A DNA stretch of 64,000 bases from an uncultured Spirochaetota bacterium (GCA_964460545.1 CAYWUT010000003.1:1271-65270); one strand, 5' to 3'. Counted from the stretch's first letter, positions 17,466-28,231 are shown. Notes: generated from the letters alone by a model not told the origin. Numbers and translations: made by a program.

Positions 17466-19373
17466 TCACGCTCCGGCGGACGCCTCGAGCTGGTCTATTA
17501 TCTTCTGAATCCTCTCCCTGTCCGGATAGTCCGGTGCAAGAACCAGGAGCGTCTTGAAAATGGTCAAAGCTTCGTTCTTTTTCCCCTGTGTAAGAAACAG
17601 GTTTCCGAGCGGCTCATAGGCCGGTATGAAGTTCTTGTCCGTTTTTATCGTTCTGAGATACTCCGTTATCGCCTCGGAGTTCCTGCTTAGGCGCAGGTAC
17701 GCGGTTGCGAGCCCGTAATGGGCGTCCGGGTAGAGGGGATCTAATTCCAGGGCCTTCTTGAACTGCTCCTCGGCCTCAGAGTAGAGCTCGGTCTTGAGCA
17801 GGGCGTTTCCCAGGTTGATACGTGCCGCCAGGGAATTCGGGTTGAGGGATATGGCCTTGCGAAGCGTTGAAAGCGCCTTGTCATAGAGGTTGCTCTTAAT
17901 GTAAATATCGCTGATATTGTTGTACGCCTCCATGTACCGCGGGTCGTACTCGATGGCCTTCTCGTACGCGGTTATGGCATCACTGTACTTTTTTATCTTC
18001 GCGTAGTTGTTACCCAGGTTGTAGTAGTAGCGTTTGTCCGTGGGCTTCAGGGAAATGGCACGTTTGAGCGCTTCAACCGCCTCGTTGTACTTGCCCTCCA
18101 TCTCGTAGAGTATGGAGAGATTGTAATAGGTAAGGTCGTTTTCAGGGTCCTGTTCCAGCACGCGCTCATACTCCGTCCTGGCCGCGCTGAAATTCCCCTT
18201 TGCCCTGTACGCGTCCCCGAGCTTGATGCGCGCGCTGAGGTTATTCGAATCGTGCGAGAGCGCTTTCATGTAATTGTCGATCGCGCGGTCATGGAATCCG
18301 TTTTCATAGTAGATGAGCCCGAGGTTTATGTAGGCCTTGACATAGTCCGGCTTGAGCCTGATTGCCATGTCATAGGCCTTTGTCGCGATGTTGCTCTTTC
18401 CGAGTTTCTGGGCGCTCAATCCCTGGTTGTAGGAAGCCTGCGGGTTATCGGGCATGAGTCTGACCGCCTTGGTGAACGAGCTCAGGGCTTCCTCGTATTC
18501 TCTGCGCAGGTACTGAATTATACCGAGCTTGTAGTAGGCCATTCCGTTGTTCGGATCGAGCTCCAGGGTTTTCTTGTATTCCTCGACCGCGCTCGGGTAG
18601 AGCTCCTGACGGTCGTACACCTGTCCGAGCGTGAAGTGCGGAAGGGGGAGCGTCGAATCCCTCTGAAGCGCCTTTTTGCTGTACTCTATCGCCTTCCTGG
18701 TGTTCTCCTGTGACGTGTTCTCCTCGAAATAGGCGGCACCGAGGTAGGCGAGGGTGCGCGCGTCGTCTGTCTTGAACTTGATGGATTCCTCCAAAGACAT
18801 GATCGCATCGGTAAATTTTCCCGAATCGTACAGGTCTTTACCCTGCTTGAAGAGCTTCGCGGCTTCGGCCTCGCGGGCCTGCTTCTCCTTTTCGAGATCG
18901 ACCGGTTCGGGCTCCTTTTTAGGCTCCTCTTTTGGAAGGGAATCCTTGATCGTCGTCGCGATCTTGTCCAGCTCTTCCTGCTGGCGCCTCTCCTCTCTTT
19001 TTGCCTCTTCCTTCTTCCCCTGAATGATTATATCGAGCAGGCTCCGCGCCTCGATGTTCTGCGGGTCTCGAATGAGGATCTGTTCGATCCGGCCGCGGGC
19101 GAGATCATGTTCCCCCTTGTCGAGATAATAGCGGGCGAGCTGCATCATATTCTCGATTTCGGCGGCCTTCAATTTATCCTCGTCCGCCTCTTTCCCGGTT
19201 TCCTCGGCAAGGGGCTGTTCGATTATGTCGGAAACCTCGGCAGGTCCCGGCGCGATCGTCTCTTCCCGGCCTTTGCCGGCCCGGTCTTGACCGGCCCTTA
19301 ACAGGAAGAAAGCGGCGCCTGCTGCAACCAGAACCGCGACTGCTGCTATGAGAAGCACCCTTCGGTCTATCAT
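17466..19373 (-). CDS. TPR-repeat protein with an N-terminal membrane anchor and a charged coiled linker
   Basis: An N-terminal TM segment (LLIAAVAVLVAAGAAFFLL) followed by many 34-aa TPR units (AYYNLG..., AYINLG..., etc.). Confidence 0.8.
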   Translation of the reverse strand: MIDRRVLLIAAVAVLVAAGAAFFLLRAGQDRAGKGREETIAPGPAEVSDIIEQPLAEETGKEADEDKLKAAEIENMMQLARYYLDKGEHDLARGRIEQILIRDPQNIEARSLLDIIIQGKKEEAKREERRQQEELDKIATTIKDSLPKEEPKKEPEPVDLEKEKQAREAEAAKLFKQGKDLYDSGKFTDAIMSLEESIKFKTDDARTLAYLGAAYFEENTSQENTRKAIEYSKKALQRDSTLPLPHFTLGQVYDRQELYPSAVEEYKKTLELDPNNGMAYYKLGIIQYLRREYEEALSSFTKAVRLMPDNPQASYNQGLSAQKLGKSNIATKAYDMAIRLKPDYVKAYINLGLIYYENGFHDRAIDNYMKALSHDSNNLSARIKLGDAYRAKGNFSAARTEYERVLEQDPENDLTYYNLSILYEMEGKYNEAVEALKRAISLKPTDKRYYYNLGNNYAKIKKYSDAITAYEKAIEYDPRYMEAYNNISDIYIKSNLYDKALSTLRKAISLNPNSLAARINLGNALLKTELYSEAEEQFKKALELDPLYPDAHYGLATAYLRLSRNSEAITEYLRTIKTDKNFIPAYEPLGNLFLTQGKKNEALTIFKTLLVLAPDYPDRERIQKIIDQLEASAGA

Positions 19374-19379
19374 ATGTCG

Positions 19380-20066
19380 TTACCTCTCTATTCCCTCGAT
19401 TGTCAAGTCGTCCACTGCTTTTTCACTCTGTTCCATGATGTTTGCGGTATTGTTCACCATACTACCGAGGTCTCCGATTACCTCATTCAGCAGATCGAGA
19501 TCAAGACCGGTTTTCTCGTCGATATTTCTTTCAATGGGTTCCGGTTTGGCCAGCTCTTCCCTGAGATATGCCAGGGCGCGCTGTATCTTTTCATTCTGGG
19601 GAGTTTCAGGGTAGGCCTCCAGGTATGTTTCCCACTGGATGATGGTTCCCCGGTAATTGCCGCTCTGAAAATGGGCCATACCCGCATTGAGATAGGCGTC
19701 GTGGAGCGCGGGGTCGTTCAGTACCGCCCTTCCGTACATCTCGGAGGAGAAGTCATAATTCCCCTTGAGGTAGTAGCAGTTCCCCAAATTGTAGAAGAGG
19801 AGGCCCTTTTCATCGGTGTAGTTCAAACCGTCCGTATAGTTCAGTATGGCGTTATCGATGTCGTCCATCTCGAAATATGCATTGGCAAGGTAGAAATACA
19901 GAAGGTGGTTTCCGGGTTCCGCGTTTTTTGCCTCTTCCAGGTGGGCGGCCGCCAGCTCGAACTGGCTTTTCCGGTAGAATTCCATCCCCTTCTTGTAGAA
20001 CTCCGTCTCTGAAAAGCAGGGGAGGGGCAGTAAAACAATGATAAATAATAAGCAGAGCCATTTCAT
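19380..20066 (-). CDS. Secreted TPR-repeat protein
   Basis: A signal peptide (MKWLCLLFIIVLLPLPCFS) followed by TPR-like repeats (YFYLANAYFEMDD..., FYNLGNCYYLKGN...). Confidence 0.75.
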   Translation of the reverse strand: MKWLCLLFIIVLLPLPCFSETEFYKKGMEFYRKSQFELAAAHLEEAKNAEPGNHLLYFYLANAYFEMDDIDNAILNYTDGLNYTDEKGLLFYNLGNCYYLKGNYDFSSEMYGRAVLNDPALHDAYLNAGMAHFQSGNYRGTIIQWETYLEAYPETPQNEKIQRALAYLREELAKPEPIERNIDEKTGLDLDLLNEVIGDLGSMVNNTANIMEQSEKAVDDLTIEGIER

Positions 20067-20241
20067 GGCATTACTCCAGTATACATCTTATTGTACCACA
20101 ACGGTGTATATATTCATTTCACGCGCGCGGATACGGGTGACAAGTACGTTTGACAAAGATTTACACTTTTAATATCGTTATGTTGTGTAAAAGGGATTAG
20201 TCCTCCTGCTGACGAAGAGGGTAATATAACCGGTAATCCAT

Positions 20242-21138
20242 ATGCCGAAAAATTACGAAGAGATCCGGGATGAACATTCCGCATTAATAAACCTTCTTTT
20301 CACACCGTCCTATATCTCCCGGGTGCTCAGCCGGAACGGTCTTACGCTGAAAAAATCCTTCGGACAGAATTTTCTCATAAGCCGTTCGGTCGCGGAAAAG
20401 GTCCTCGGGTCTGCCGGGCTGGCCTCGGACGACCGGGTACTCGAAATCGGGCCCGGACTTGGAACGCTCACCTTCATGATGGCGCCCATAGTCGAGCACG
20501 TGATCGCGGTTGAAATCGACGGGGGGATCTCCCGGGTGCTCAGCCGCTTTATTGAGGAGAGCGGGACTGGGAACATCACCGTGATAAACGCGGATTTCCT
20601 CCGCTCCGGACACAGGGAAGCGCTGGAGAGACGACCCACAAAAGCGGTCAGCAATTTTCCCTACTCGTCCGGAATAAGGTCCATAGCGGTTCTGCTTGAG
20701 CGCTTCCCGGGCATTGACTCCATTACGGGCACCGTACAGCGGGAACTCGCCCTCAGAATTACCGCCGCGCCCGGAGACCGTGATTACGCGGCAATATCCG
20801 CCTACCTTCAGTTTCTCGCGCATATCGACATCATAAACAGGAGCATAGGACCGGGCTGCTTCTTCCCAGCGCCCGGCGTGGAGAGCTCGATTATCAGCAT
20901 ACAGAGGAAGAAAGACCCGCCCGTTGACGCCGTGCTTTTTAAAAAGGTCGTACAGGCGAGTTTCAGAAGCCGGCGTCAAACGCTCGTCAACAACCTCATG
21001 GCCCTTGAAGGCCCTTTAAAGAAAGATATCGAGGAGCTCGTATTCGGGCTCTTCGGGGACAGGCGCATAAGGGCCGAGGCCGTATCCGTTCAGGGGTTCG
21101 TGGAGCTCTCTTCGGGATTTCAGCGTCTTATACCCTGA
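20242..21138 (+). CDS. rsmA: 16S rRNA (adenine1518/1519-N6)-dimethyltransferase
   Basis: KsgA motifs (KKSFGQNFL...VLEIGPGLGTLT...). Confidence 0.9.
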   Translation: MPKNYEEIRDEHSALINLLFTPSYISRVLSRNGLTLKKSFGQNFLISRSVAEKVLGSAGLASDDRVLEIGPGLGTLTFMMAPIVEHVIAVEIDGGISRVLSRFIEESGTGNITVINADFLRSGHREALERRPTKAVSNFPYSSGIRSIAVLLERFPGIDSITGTVQRELALRITAAPGDRDYAAISAYLQFLAHIDIINRSIGPGCFFPAPGVESSIISIQRKKDPPVDAVLFKKVVQASFRSRRQTLVNNLMALEGPLKKDIEELVFGLFGDRRIRAEAVSVQGFVELSSGFQRLIP

Positions 21139-21190
21139 CTGTGGTCTTCTCTTCGGGATTGCAGCGTCTTATACCCTGACTGTGGTACTT
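21109..21190. repeat. Tandem duplication (2 x 41 bp, 3 mismatches) spanning the rsmA stop codon
   Basis: TCTTCGGGATTKCAGCGTCTTATACCCTGACTGTGGT occurs at 21109 and again at 21150. It sits exactly between the convergent rsmA and EamA genes. Confidence 0.6.
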
Positions 21191-22123
21191 CTACGAATCA
21201 TTATCCCTCCTGCCGGAACTCCATTTCATCCACTTCAGCAATTTCGTGTGAGAGAGCGAATAGATTCCGAGCGCGATCCAGATGAGGCCGAAGCTCAACA
21301 GGTGCGCCGGTGTAAAGGGCTCGTGAAATACGAAAACGCCGAGCACGAGAAACATGGAGGGCGCGAGGTACTGAATGAACCCGACCGTGGCGAGCGGTAT
21401 TCGGCGCGCTGCGTGGGCAAAGCAGATGAGGGGGGCCGCCGTAACCACGCTTGAAAACAGGAGAAGAACGTGGATCAGTATGCCGGCACTGCCGAAAACT
21501 CCGCTTTCACCCTGAAGAATGAGGTAGAGGAGTGCGGCGGGAGAGAGTACCGCTGTCTCGAACGCGAGGCCCGACATCGAATCCGCGTACGATGTTTTAC
21601 GCAGTAACCCGTATATGGCGAAGGTAAAAGCGAGCGAGAGCGCTATCCAGGGAATCTGTCCGTAACGCAGGGCCATGCTGATAACACCGCAGAAGGCGAG
21701 ACCCACGGAAACGGTCTGCGGAGGAGTGAGGCGTTCCTTCAGGAATACGACCCCGAGGAGTACGCTGACGAGCGGATTTATGAAGTACCCCATGCTCGAT
21801 TCGACCACGTGATTCGCGTTTACCGCCCAGATGTAAATAAACCAGTTCGCACCTATAAAGACCGCGCTGAGCATGGAGTAGAGCCTGTTCCTCCAAGACG
21901 CATAGGTGGAACGGAAGTTTGAGAGCCGTTTCTGTAACGTAAGGATGGTGAAGATCAATACACAGGACCAGATTATACGGTGACCCATTATCTCGGTGGA
22001 GGGGACCGCCTTGAGCGCCTTCCAGTAGAGGGGGAGCAGGCCCCATGAGCCGAATGCGCTTACCGCGTACCACACCCCGATCCGTTTTTCCCTGTCTTTA
22101 TCGGTTTTCGGGTGCATGTCCAT
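21191..22123 (-). CDS. EamA/DMT-superfamily transporter, RarD-like
   Basis: A 310-aa product with about 10 TM helices and an N-terminus typical of RarD (GVWYAVSAFGSWGLLPLYWKAL). Confidence 0.8.
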   Translation of the reverse strand: MDMHPKTDKDREKRIGVWYAVSAFGSWGLLPLYWKALKAVPSTEIMGHRIIWSCVLIFTILTLQKRLSNFRSTYASWRNRLYSMLSAVFIGANWFIYIWAVNANHVVESSMGYFINPLVSVLLGVVFLKERLTPPQTVSVGLAFCGVISMALRYGQIPWIALSLAFTFAIYGLLRKTSYADSMSGLAFETAVLSPAALLYLILQGESGVFGSAGILIHVLLLFSSVVTAAPLICFAHAARRIPLATVGFIQYLAPSMFLVLGVFVFHEPFTPAHLLSFGLIWIALGIYSLSHTKLLKWMKWSSGRRDNDS

Positions 22124-22156
22124 TATCTCCGTGGATGGAAGTGCGTTGACGGGGGT

Positions 22157-22873
22157 TCATTTTAACGTTTCGGCCCCTTTTTGAAGTGAAGAAACGACGA
22201 CGTCGGCCCTGCTGAAATCCTGCCCGGCCGTGTAGCGGTTGGGAAACGCGATACACCGCATGCCGGCATTGAATGCCGCGGCAACGCCTGTGCCGCTGTC
22301 TTCTATGACGAGGCAGTACCGCGGTTCAATTCCCGAGATCCTCGATATTTTCGTATAAACCTCGGGGTCGGGCTTGCCCTTTGCCACCTGGTCTCCGGAC
22401 ACGATGTATTTGAACCCGTGAAGCAGGTTCAACCCCCCGGCTCCGAGTACGGTTTCGATCTCCGCCGGATGGGCCGATGTTCCGAGGGCGGGTTCCTGAT
22501 CACTGCTTCGGGAAACGTGGTCAAAGAGGTCCATGACACCGGGGCGGACGATATTCCTCACGCGTTTTGAAACGAGCGTATGATAGAACGCGTTTTTCTC
22601 CTGAACGAGTTTCGGCACCGAGTACTCAGCCTCAATGTTTTCCTCATCCCTGATCCAGGCGAAGTAATCGGTGGCTCTGTTCCCGACACAGCGGGCCATC
22701 CAAAGGTCTTCCGAGATCGTTACGCCGTAGGCCTTCAGCGCGCGGTTCACGGACTCGAGCTGCAGAGGCTCGTCATCGATAATGAGCCCGTTCATGTCGA
22801 AAACAACGATACTGGCTGTGCTGAGAAGAGTATGCAGGCGGTCATCCTGGAAATATCTGCGGTTCTTATTCAT
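22157..22873 (-). CDS. HAD-superfamily hydrolase (subfamily IA, phosphatase/beta-PGM-like)
   Basis: Motif I (VVFDMNGLIID) and later HAD motifs. Confidence 0.8.
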   Translation of the reverse strand: MNKNRRYFQDDRLHTLLSTASIVVFDMNGLIIDDEPLQLESVNRALKAYGVTISEDLWMARCVGNRATDYFAWIRDEENIEAEYSVPKLVQEKNAFYHTLVSKRVRNIVRPGVMDLFDHVSRSSDQEPALGTSAHPAEIETVLGAGGLNLLHGFKYIVSGDQVAKGKPDPEVYTKISRISGIEPRYCLVIEDSGTGVAAAFNAGMRCIAFPNRYTAGQDFSRADVVVSSLQKGAETLK

Positions 22874-23885
22874 AGAGGTGCGGGGAGTCCATCAGCTCAC
22901 GAATGTTCTCGGGGGCCTGGGCGCCGATCTTTTCGATGGTTTTGGATGCAACGAATGCCGCTATGCGGCCGCACTCCGAAAGCGGGAGGTCCCGGATCAT
23001 CCCGTAGAGAAAACCCGCCGCGAAGTTGTCGCCCGCCCCGGTCGTATCTTTCACATCGCTCTGAAAGCTGGGTACCCGCACGGTTTCGGAGCCGGTCCGG
23101 ATGATGAGGGTATCTTCCGACCCGTTTTTAATTACAGCGAGCGGGCAGAGCTTCCCGAGGAATACCGCGTCCGCCCCGATATCGTCATCCTCCGGTGATC
23201 CGCGCAGGAGGCACGCTTCACGGGCATTCGCGAACACGATATCCGCCTTGTCCGAGACTATGGAGAGAAAATCGCCCCTGTGCCGGTCGACACAGAAGGG
23301 GTCCGCTATGTCGAAGGCGACCAGGACTCCGTTCGTCTTTGCGATATCGATCGCGCGGGTGACCGCCGCTTTCTGGCATTCCGTGTCCCACATGTAGCCC
23401 GTGAAGTAGAATATCTTCGAGCGGGCTACCATGTCCTCCGGGATATTCTCCGCCCCGTATTCGCGGCATGCCCCCAGATAGGTGTTCATGGTTCTTTCCT
23501 TGTCCGGAGTGATGAGTATCGTGCAAATTCCCGTGTCACACTCGACCCTGTTCAGGTATGAGTCGACGTTTTTCTCTTTGATCTTCTGCTCGAAGATGTC
23601 GCCGTAGAGGTCGTTTCCCGTGTTGCCCGTCAATGCCGTGGAGAGGCCGAGCAGCGCAAGCGTAACGATTGTATTGGGACATGAACCGCCCGCTTCTGTT
23701 ACGAGCTCCCGGTCCCTGAGGAGGTCGAGGAGCTCTTCTTTCCTCTGCCTGTCAATGAGGTGCATGATGCCCTTGTTCAGGCCGTTCCGCACAATGAAAC
23801 CGTCGTCCACCTCTGCGAGCACGTCCACGAGCGGATTTCCGAGCCCGCTCACGTCGTACTGTTTTTCACTGCCCTCTGAGTGCAT
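22866..23885 (-). CDS. PfkB-family carbohydrate/nucleoside kinase (possibly adenosine kinase)
   Basis: The ribokinase-family GG motif and the C-terminal DTTGAGD motif. It lies adjacent to an adenosine deaminase gene. Confidence 0.75.
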   Translation of the reverse strand: MHSEGSEKQYDVSGLGNPLVDVLAEVDDGFIVRNGLNKGIMHLIDRQRKEELLDLLRDRELVTEAGGSCPNTIVTLALLGLSTALTGNTGNDLYGDIFEQKIKEKNVDSYLNRVECDTGICTILITPDKERTMNTYLGACREYGAENIPEDMVARSKIFYFTGYMWDTECQKAAVTRAIDIAKTNGVLVAFDIADPFCVDRHRGDFLSIVSDKADIVFANAREACLLRGSPEDDDIGADAVFLGKLCPLAVIKNGSEDTLIIRTGSETVRVPSFQSDVKDTTGAGDNFAAGFLYGMIRDLPLSECGRIAAFVASKTIEKIGAQAPENIRELMDSPHLYE

Positions 23886-23927
23886 GTTTGATTTATCTCC
23901 CGCTCTGCATTGGATAAGTTGACCGGT

Positions 23928-25091
23928 TCAGACATTCGCCTCGGCTTTGATTTCAGCGAATCCCGGCTTGATGGCGTTGTATATGATGTCGAGACGAATG
24001 GGAAACGCGATGAAGGCGCTCTTCATCGCGTTGATGGTGAGCTTTTCGATGTCCTTGAGCGTAAGTCCGTATTGGCGAACGGCCGTATCGAACTCCTTCG
24101 TCAAGGTGGTTTTACTCATGAGACGGTTGTCCGTGTTGATGGTGACCCTGAAGCCGTTTTTATAGAGCATTTGAAAGGGGTGGTAGTGGAGGTCGCGAAG
24201 CGCGCCCGTATGGAGGTTGCTCGATAGGCACACCTCCAGTGGAATCCTCCGGTCCAGCACGTACTGTGCGAGGTTGCCGATCTCGAGAATCTTGTCGTCC
24301 TCCACCATAATATCGTCCTTCAGGTGCATCCCGTGGCCGATCCTGTGCGTTCCGCAGTACTGAAGGGCCTGCCATATCGATTCCTTGCCGAAAGCCTCGC
24401 CTGCATGTATGGTTATATAGAAATTATTCCGCTGTATATAGTGAAACGCCTCGAGGTGATCTTTCGGCGGATATCCGAGCTCGTCTCCGGCGAGGTCGAA
24501 GCCCACGACCCCCTGGTTCCGGTAGCGTACCGCGCATTCAGCCATGTTCAGGGATGTCGCGGGGTCCATGTTCCGCATCCCGCATATTATGAGGCCGAAA
24601 CGCACTCCGAAGGCCCGCGTTCCCTCCTTCAGTCCGTGGAGAACGGCTTCGATGACCTGGTCGTGGGTGAGACCTTTGCCGGTGTGATAGAGGGGGGAGA
24701 AACGCGTTTCAACGTATACGACGCCGTCCTTTGCCATGTCCTCCATCATCTCGTAGGCGATCCTGTTGAGCGCCTCGTCCGTCTGCATAACGCCCGTGGT
24801 GTACTTAAACCCCTTGAGATACTCGGTCAGGCTTCCCTTTACGCCCCCGGCGAAAAACCATTCCTGGAGGTCTTCGGGAGCGGACGCGGGCAGCTCGAGC
24901 TTGTGGGATTTCGCAAGGTCGAGTACCGTTTCAGGGCGCAGGCCGCCGTCGAGATGGTCGTGCAGAAGGACCTTCGGAGCCCTTCGGATGAGCTCCTCGG
25001 TCGGGACAATGGATTCCGATGTATTCATGTCGTGCGTCCCCTTCGATTTCGTACGGATCGGTATGGCTGCAAGAAGGCGGTTAAGCGTCAT
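23928..25091 (-). CDS. add: Adenosine deaminase
   Basis: The metal-site motif (LLHDHLDGG) and the SLNTDDP-like region (TINTDNRLM). The true start may be the internal Met (MNTSESIV). Confidence 0.9.
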   Translation of the reverse strand: MTLNRLLAAIPIRTKSKGTHDMNTSESIVPTEELIRRAPKVLLHDHLDGGLRPETVLDLAKSHKLELPASAPEDLQEWFFAGGVKGSLTEYLKGFKYTTGVMQTDEALNRIAYEMMEDMAKDGVVYVETRFSPLYHTGKGLTHDQVIEAVLHGLKEGTRAFGVRFGLIICGMRNMDPATSLNMAECAVRYRNQGVVGFDLAGDELGYPPKDHLEAFHYIQRNNFYITIHAGEAFGKESIWQALQYCGTHRIGHGMHLKDDIMVEDDKILEIGNLAQYVLDRRIPLEVCLSSNLHTGALRDLHYHPFQMLYKNGFRVTINTDNRLMSKTTLTKEFDTAVRQYGLTLKDIEKLTINAMKSAFIAFPIRLDIIYNAIKPGFAEIKAEANV

Positions 25092-25312
25092 TCCCGGCTG
25101 CTATTACTTTAACGGGAAAAGGGGAAAAAGGCAATTATGGAATAATTCGCACGTGCGATTTTGGCTCGGACGGAGCGTTCGCCGGATTTCATTTACAAGA
25201 ATTTACCGACGGGGTATATTGAGTTAATTCTGAAACGGCTGCCCGCGTTGTGCGCGGCCGAGTTGCACGCGGCCTGTACCGGTTACGACCGGGACAGCCT
25301 GAGAGGGATAAA

Positions 25313-26077
25313 ATGCTGCTCTGCATAGACATCGGCAATACGAACCTCGTTTTCGGGGTGTGGCATGGCGGGACATGGCAGGCCCGATACCGCGTGAGGA
25401 CCGTTCAGGACAAGATGGAGGACGAGTACGCGATGCTGCTTAACAACCTCCTGAAGGATTCGGGGCTGAGCCTTTCGAAGGTCGACAGGGCGGTGATTTC
25501 GAGCGTTGTGCCCGAGCTGCGGCCGGTGTTCAGGAAGCTTTTTAAAAAGTACTGCGACATCTCGCCCCTCGTGCTCGGACCGGGTGTTAAGACCGGGCTC
25601 ACGATCAATATCGATAACCCCTCCGAGCTCGGCGCAGATCTCGTTGCGGACGCCGTCGCGGCACGCGAGCGGTGCACGGGAGCGTGCATCGTGGTCGATT
25701 TCGGTACCGCAACGACGTTCAGCGGGATTTCGGAGAAGGGCGAGTACATGGGCGTGGCGATCGCACCGGGCATAGAGGTGGCTGCCAAGGCCCTGTCCCT
25801 GCGCGCGGCCCAGCTTCCCCGCATCAGCCTCGTGCCGCCCCCGAGCGCCCTGGGAAAGAACACGATCAGCTCCATGCAGGCCGGCCTCATATTCGGGTAT
25901 ATCGGACTCGTGGAGAACCTCATCGCCACGATTAAGGAGGAGCTCGGCGGACGGGCAACGGTCATTGCAACGGGAGGATCAAGCTCCGTCATAGCGCCCC
26001 ATGCCTCCTCCATAGACATTATAGACCCGCACCTCACGCTCGAGGGCCTTCGCATTATAAATGATAAAAATACCTGA
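25313..26077 (+). CDS. coaX: Type III pantothenate kinase
   Basis: The product begins MLLCIDIGNTN, with later acetate/sugar-kinase fold motifs. I take the start inside the listed 25250 ORF. Confidence 0.9.
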   Translation: MLLCIDIGNTNLVFGVWHGGTWQARYRVRTVQDKMEDEYAMLLNNLLKDSGLSLSKVDRAVISSVVPELRPVFRKLFKKYCDISPLVLGPGVKTGLTINIDNPSELGADLVADAVAARERCTGACIVVDFGTATTFSGISEKGEYMGVAIAPGIEVAAKALSLRAAQLPRISLVPPPSALGKNTISSMQAGLIFGYIGLVENLIATIKEELGGRATVIATGGSSSVIAPHASSIDIIDPHLTLEGLRIINDKNT

Positions 26078-26169
26078 AATGATCGATGTAACTTGTAGGG
26101 GAAGGGTCGGTCGGTCTTCAATTACCGATTGACGAAAAAACGTATTTATAATAACTTCAACTTGCTTCA

Positions 26170-26242
26170 GGGCGATTAGCTCAGCTGGGAGAGCGCCTGC
26201 CTTACAAGCAGGAAGTCGGTGGTTCAAGCCCGCCATCGCCCA
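26170..26242 (+). tRNA. tRNA-Val (anticodon TAC)
   Basis: A 73-nt cloverleaf: acceptor GGGCGAT/ATCGCCC, D arm GCTC...GAGC, anticodon stem CCTGC/GCAGG with loop CTTACAA, T arm GGTGG-TTCAAGC-CCGCC, discriminator A. No encoded CCA. Confidence 0.9.
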
Positions 26243-26656
26243 AAAAGAAATGCTTTAAGTCATTTTAATTAAAGAATTAGTATATTACGATCACCGGTTT
26301 TTTTACCACAATTATTGCGCATCGCCGTTTGCACCCTGGGACAAGAGGAAGACCGCTCTTCTATCTCCTTCCATACGTAATTGGGGTTTCATGCACTTCG
26401 AGTTTTAATTCATAACATGCGACAGTTATTCAACATGGTTATCATTTCTATTTTATTCGAAAAATCCATGAAGTCCAAAGGAACCGGAAATAGTGTGTTT
26501 TAAGTATGTGAAAGCTCTCCATCCTACGTATTTCTTGAAACTCGCAATTGGCTCTCATTATTATACAGGTATCGCATGGCGGCACCCGGCACAGCGCGGC
26601 GGGTTATGTATAAAGCGGTGCAGCGGGTGGATAAAAGATCGCGGGGAGGAACGGGT

Positions 26657-28192
26657 ATGAGTGCATCGATTGTAAAGCTGGATGGTAGAAACCTTTCGCT
26701 GGAGGACGTGGAGGCGGTAGCGGTACATGGCGTTAAAGCGGAATTGACGGAGGACGTAAAAGCGCGTATCACGGATTCAAGGCGGTGTATAGAGGGCACG
26801 ATGGGGAAAGGGAGGCCGATATACGGTGTCAACACCGGGTTCGGCGCGCTTTCGAACGTCATCATCGACGAGTCGCAGACCGAAGCGCTCCAGGCGAACC
26901 TCATCCGAAGCCATTGCGCCGGGGTCGGAGACCCGTTCGAGGAACGAGAGGTCAGGGCGATGCTACTCCTGCGGGCGAATACATTCGCCCTCGGAAACTC
27001 GGGAGTGCGGCTCGCGCTCGTCCGGCACCTGCTGGACTGTCTCAACAGTGGGATCCACCCGGTGGTCCCGCAGAAAGGCTCGGTCGGTGCATCCGGCGAT
27101 CTCGCACCCGCCGCACACCTCACCGCGGCTCTGCTCGGGGAGGGCGAAGCTTTTTTCAAGGGGAGACGTATAAAGGCGGCCGAAGCGCTGAAACAGGCCG
27201 GAATAAAGCCCGTGAGGCTGTCCGCCAAGGAGGGACTCGCGATGATCAACGGTACGCAGGCCATGACCGCGTCGGGCACGCTTTCTCTTATCCGTGCCCA
27301 GCGGCTAGCAAAGGTGGCGGACATCGCGGGAGCGGCCACGCTCGACGCGCTCAGGGGGACGCTCACCGCGTTCGACCCGGCCATCCAGGCGGCGAGGCCG
27401 CACCCCGGACAGATGGAAGTGTCGCGAAATTTTTTCCGCCTCATGAAAGGCAGCGAGATAACGGTATCGCACAAAGACTGCCCGAGGGTTCAGGACGCCT
27501 ATTCTCTGCGCTGCATCCCGCAGGTCCACGGAGCGGTACGTGACGTGTTTCGCTATGTACGGAACGTACTCGCGACGGAGGTCAATTCGGCGACCGACAA
27601 CCCGCTTGTGTTCCCGGAGAAGGACAGCGTGGAGTCAGGCGGTAACTTCCACGGCGAGCCCGTCGCGTTCGCACTCGATTTCCTGGGGATAGCAGCGAGC
27701 GAGCTCGGGTCTATCTCGGAACGGAGACTCGAAAAACTCCTGAACCCGGTATTCAGCCGGCTTCCGCCGTTTCTGACGGACAAGGGAGGGCTCCACTCCG
27801 GGCTCATGATGATACAGGTCTCGGCAGCGGCCCTCGCGTCGGAAAACAAGCTGCTCGCGTCGCCGTCGAGCGTGGATTCCATACCCACCTCGTCCGACAA
27901 GGAGGACCATGTAAGCATGGGGGCGACCTCTTCAAGAAAGGTGAAAGAGATCCTGTCGAACGTGACGAACATCCTCGCTATGGAGATTCTGGCTTCCACC
28001 CAGGGACTTTACTTCCTGAAACCGCTCGAACCGGGGGATGGCATTAAAAGACTTTACGAAATCGTCCGCGACCGTGTTCCGCCGATACTGGAGGACAGGT
28101 GCTTTCACAACGATATCGTTGAGATATACGATCTTATCGAGAGCGGGAAAATCCTCGAAGAAGTCGAGCGAGCGGTGGAAGCGCTCCGATAG
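26657..28192 (+). CDS. hutH: Histidine ammonia-lyase
   Basis: The MIO-forming ASG triad (GSVGASGDLAPAAHL) and the HAL N-terminus. The ATG at 26657 follows GGGGAGGAA, inside the listed 26576 ORF. Confidence 0.95.
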   Translation: MSASIVKLDGRNLSLEDVEAVAVHGVKAELTEDVKARITDSRRCIEGTMGKGRPIYGVNTGFGALSNVIIDESQTEALQANLIRSHCAGVGDPFEEREVRAMLLLRANTFALGNSGVRLALVRHLLDCLNSGIHPVVPQKGSVGASGDLAPAAHLTAALLGEGEAFFKGRRIKAAEALKQAGIKPVRLSAKEGLAMINGTQAMTASGTLSLIRAQRLAKVADIAGAATLDALRGTLTAFDPAIQAARPHPGQMEVSRNFFRLMKGSEITVSHKDCPRVQDAYSLRCIPQVHGAVRDVFRYVRNVLATEVNSATDNPLVFPEKDSVESGGNFHGEPVAFALDFLGIAASELGSISERRLEKLLNPVFSRLPPFLTDKGGLHSGLMMIQVSAAALASENKLLASPSSVDSIPTSSDKEDHVSMGATSSRKVKEILSNVTNILAMEILASTQGLYFLKPLEPGDGIKRLYEIVRDRVPPILEDRCFHNDIVEIYDLIESGKILEEVERAVEALR

Positions 28193-28231
28193 ACAGCCGG
28201 TGTATGTGAACGGGAAACGGCCGAAAATCCA

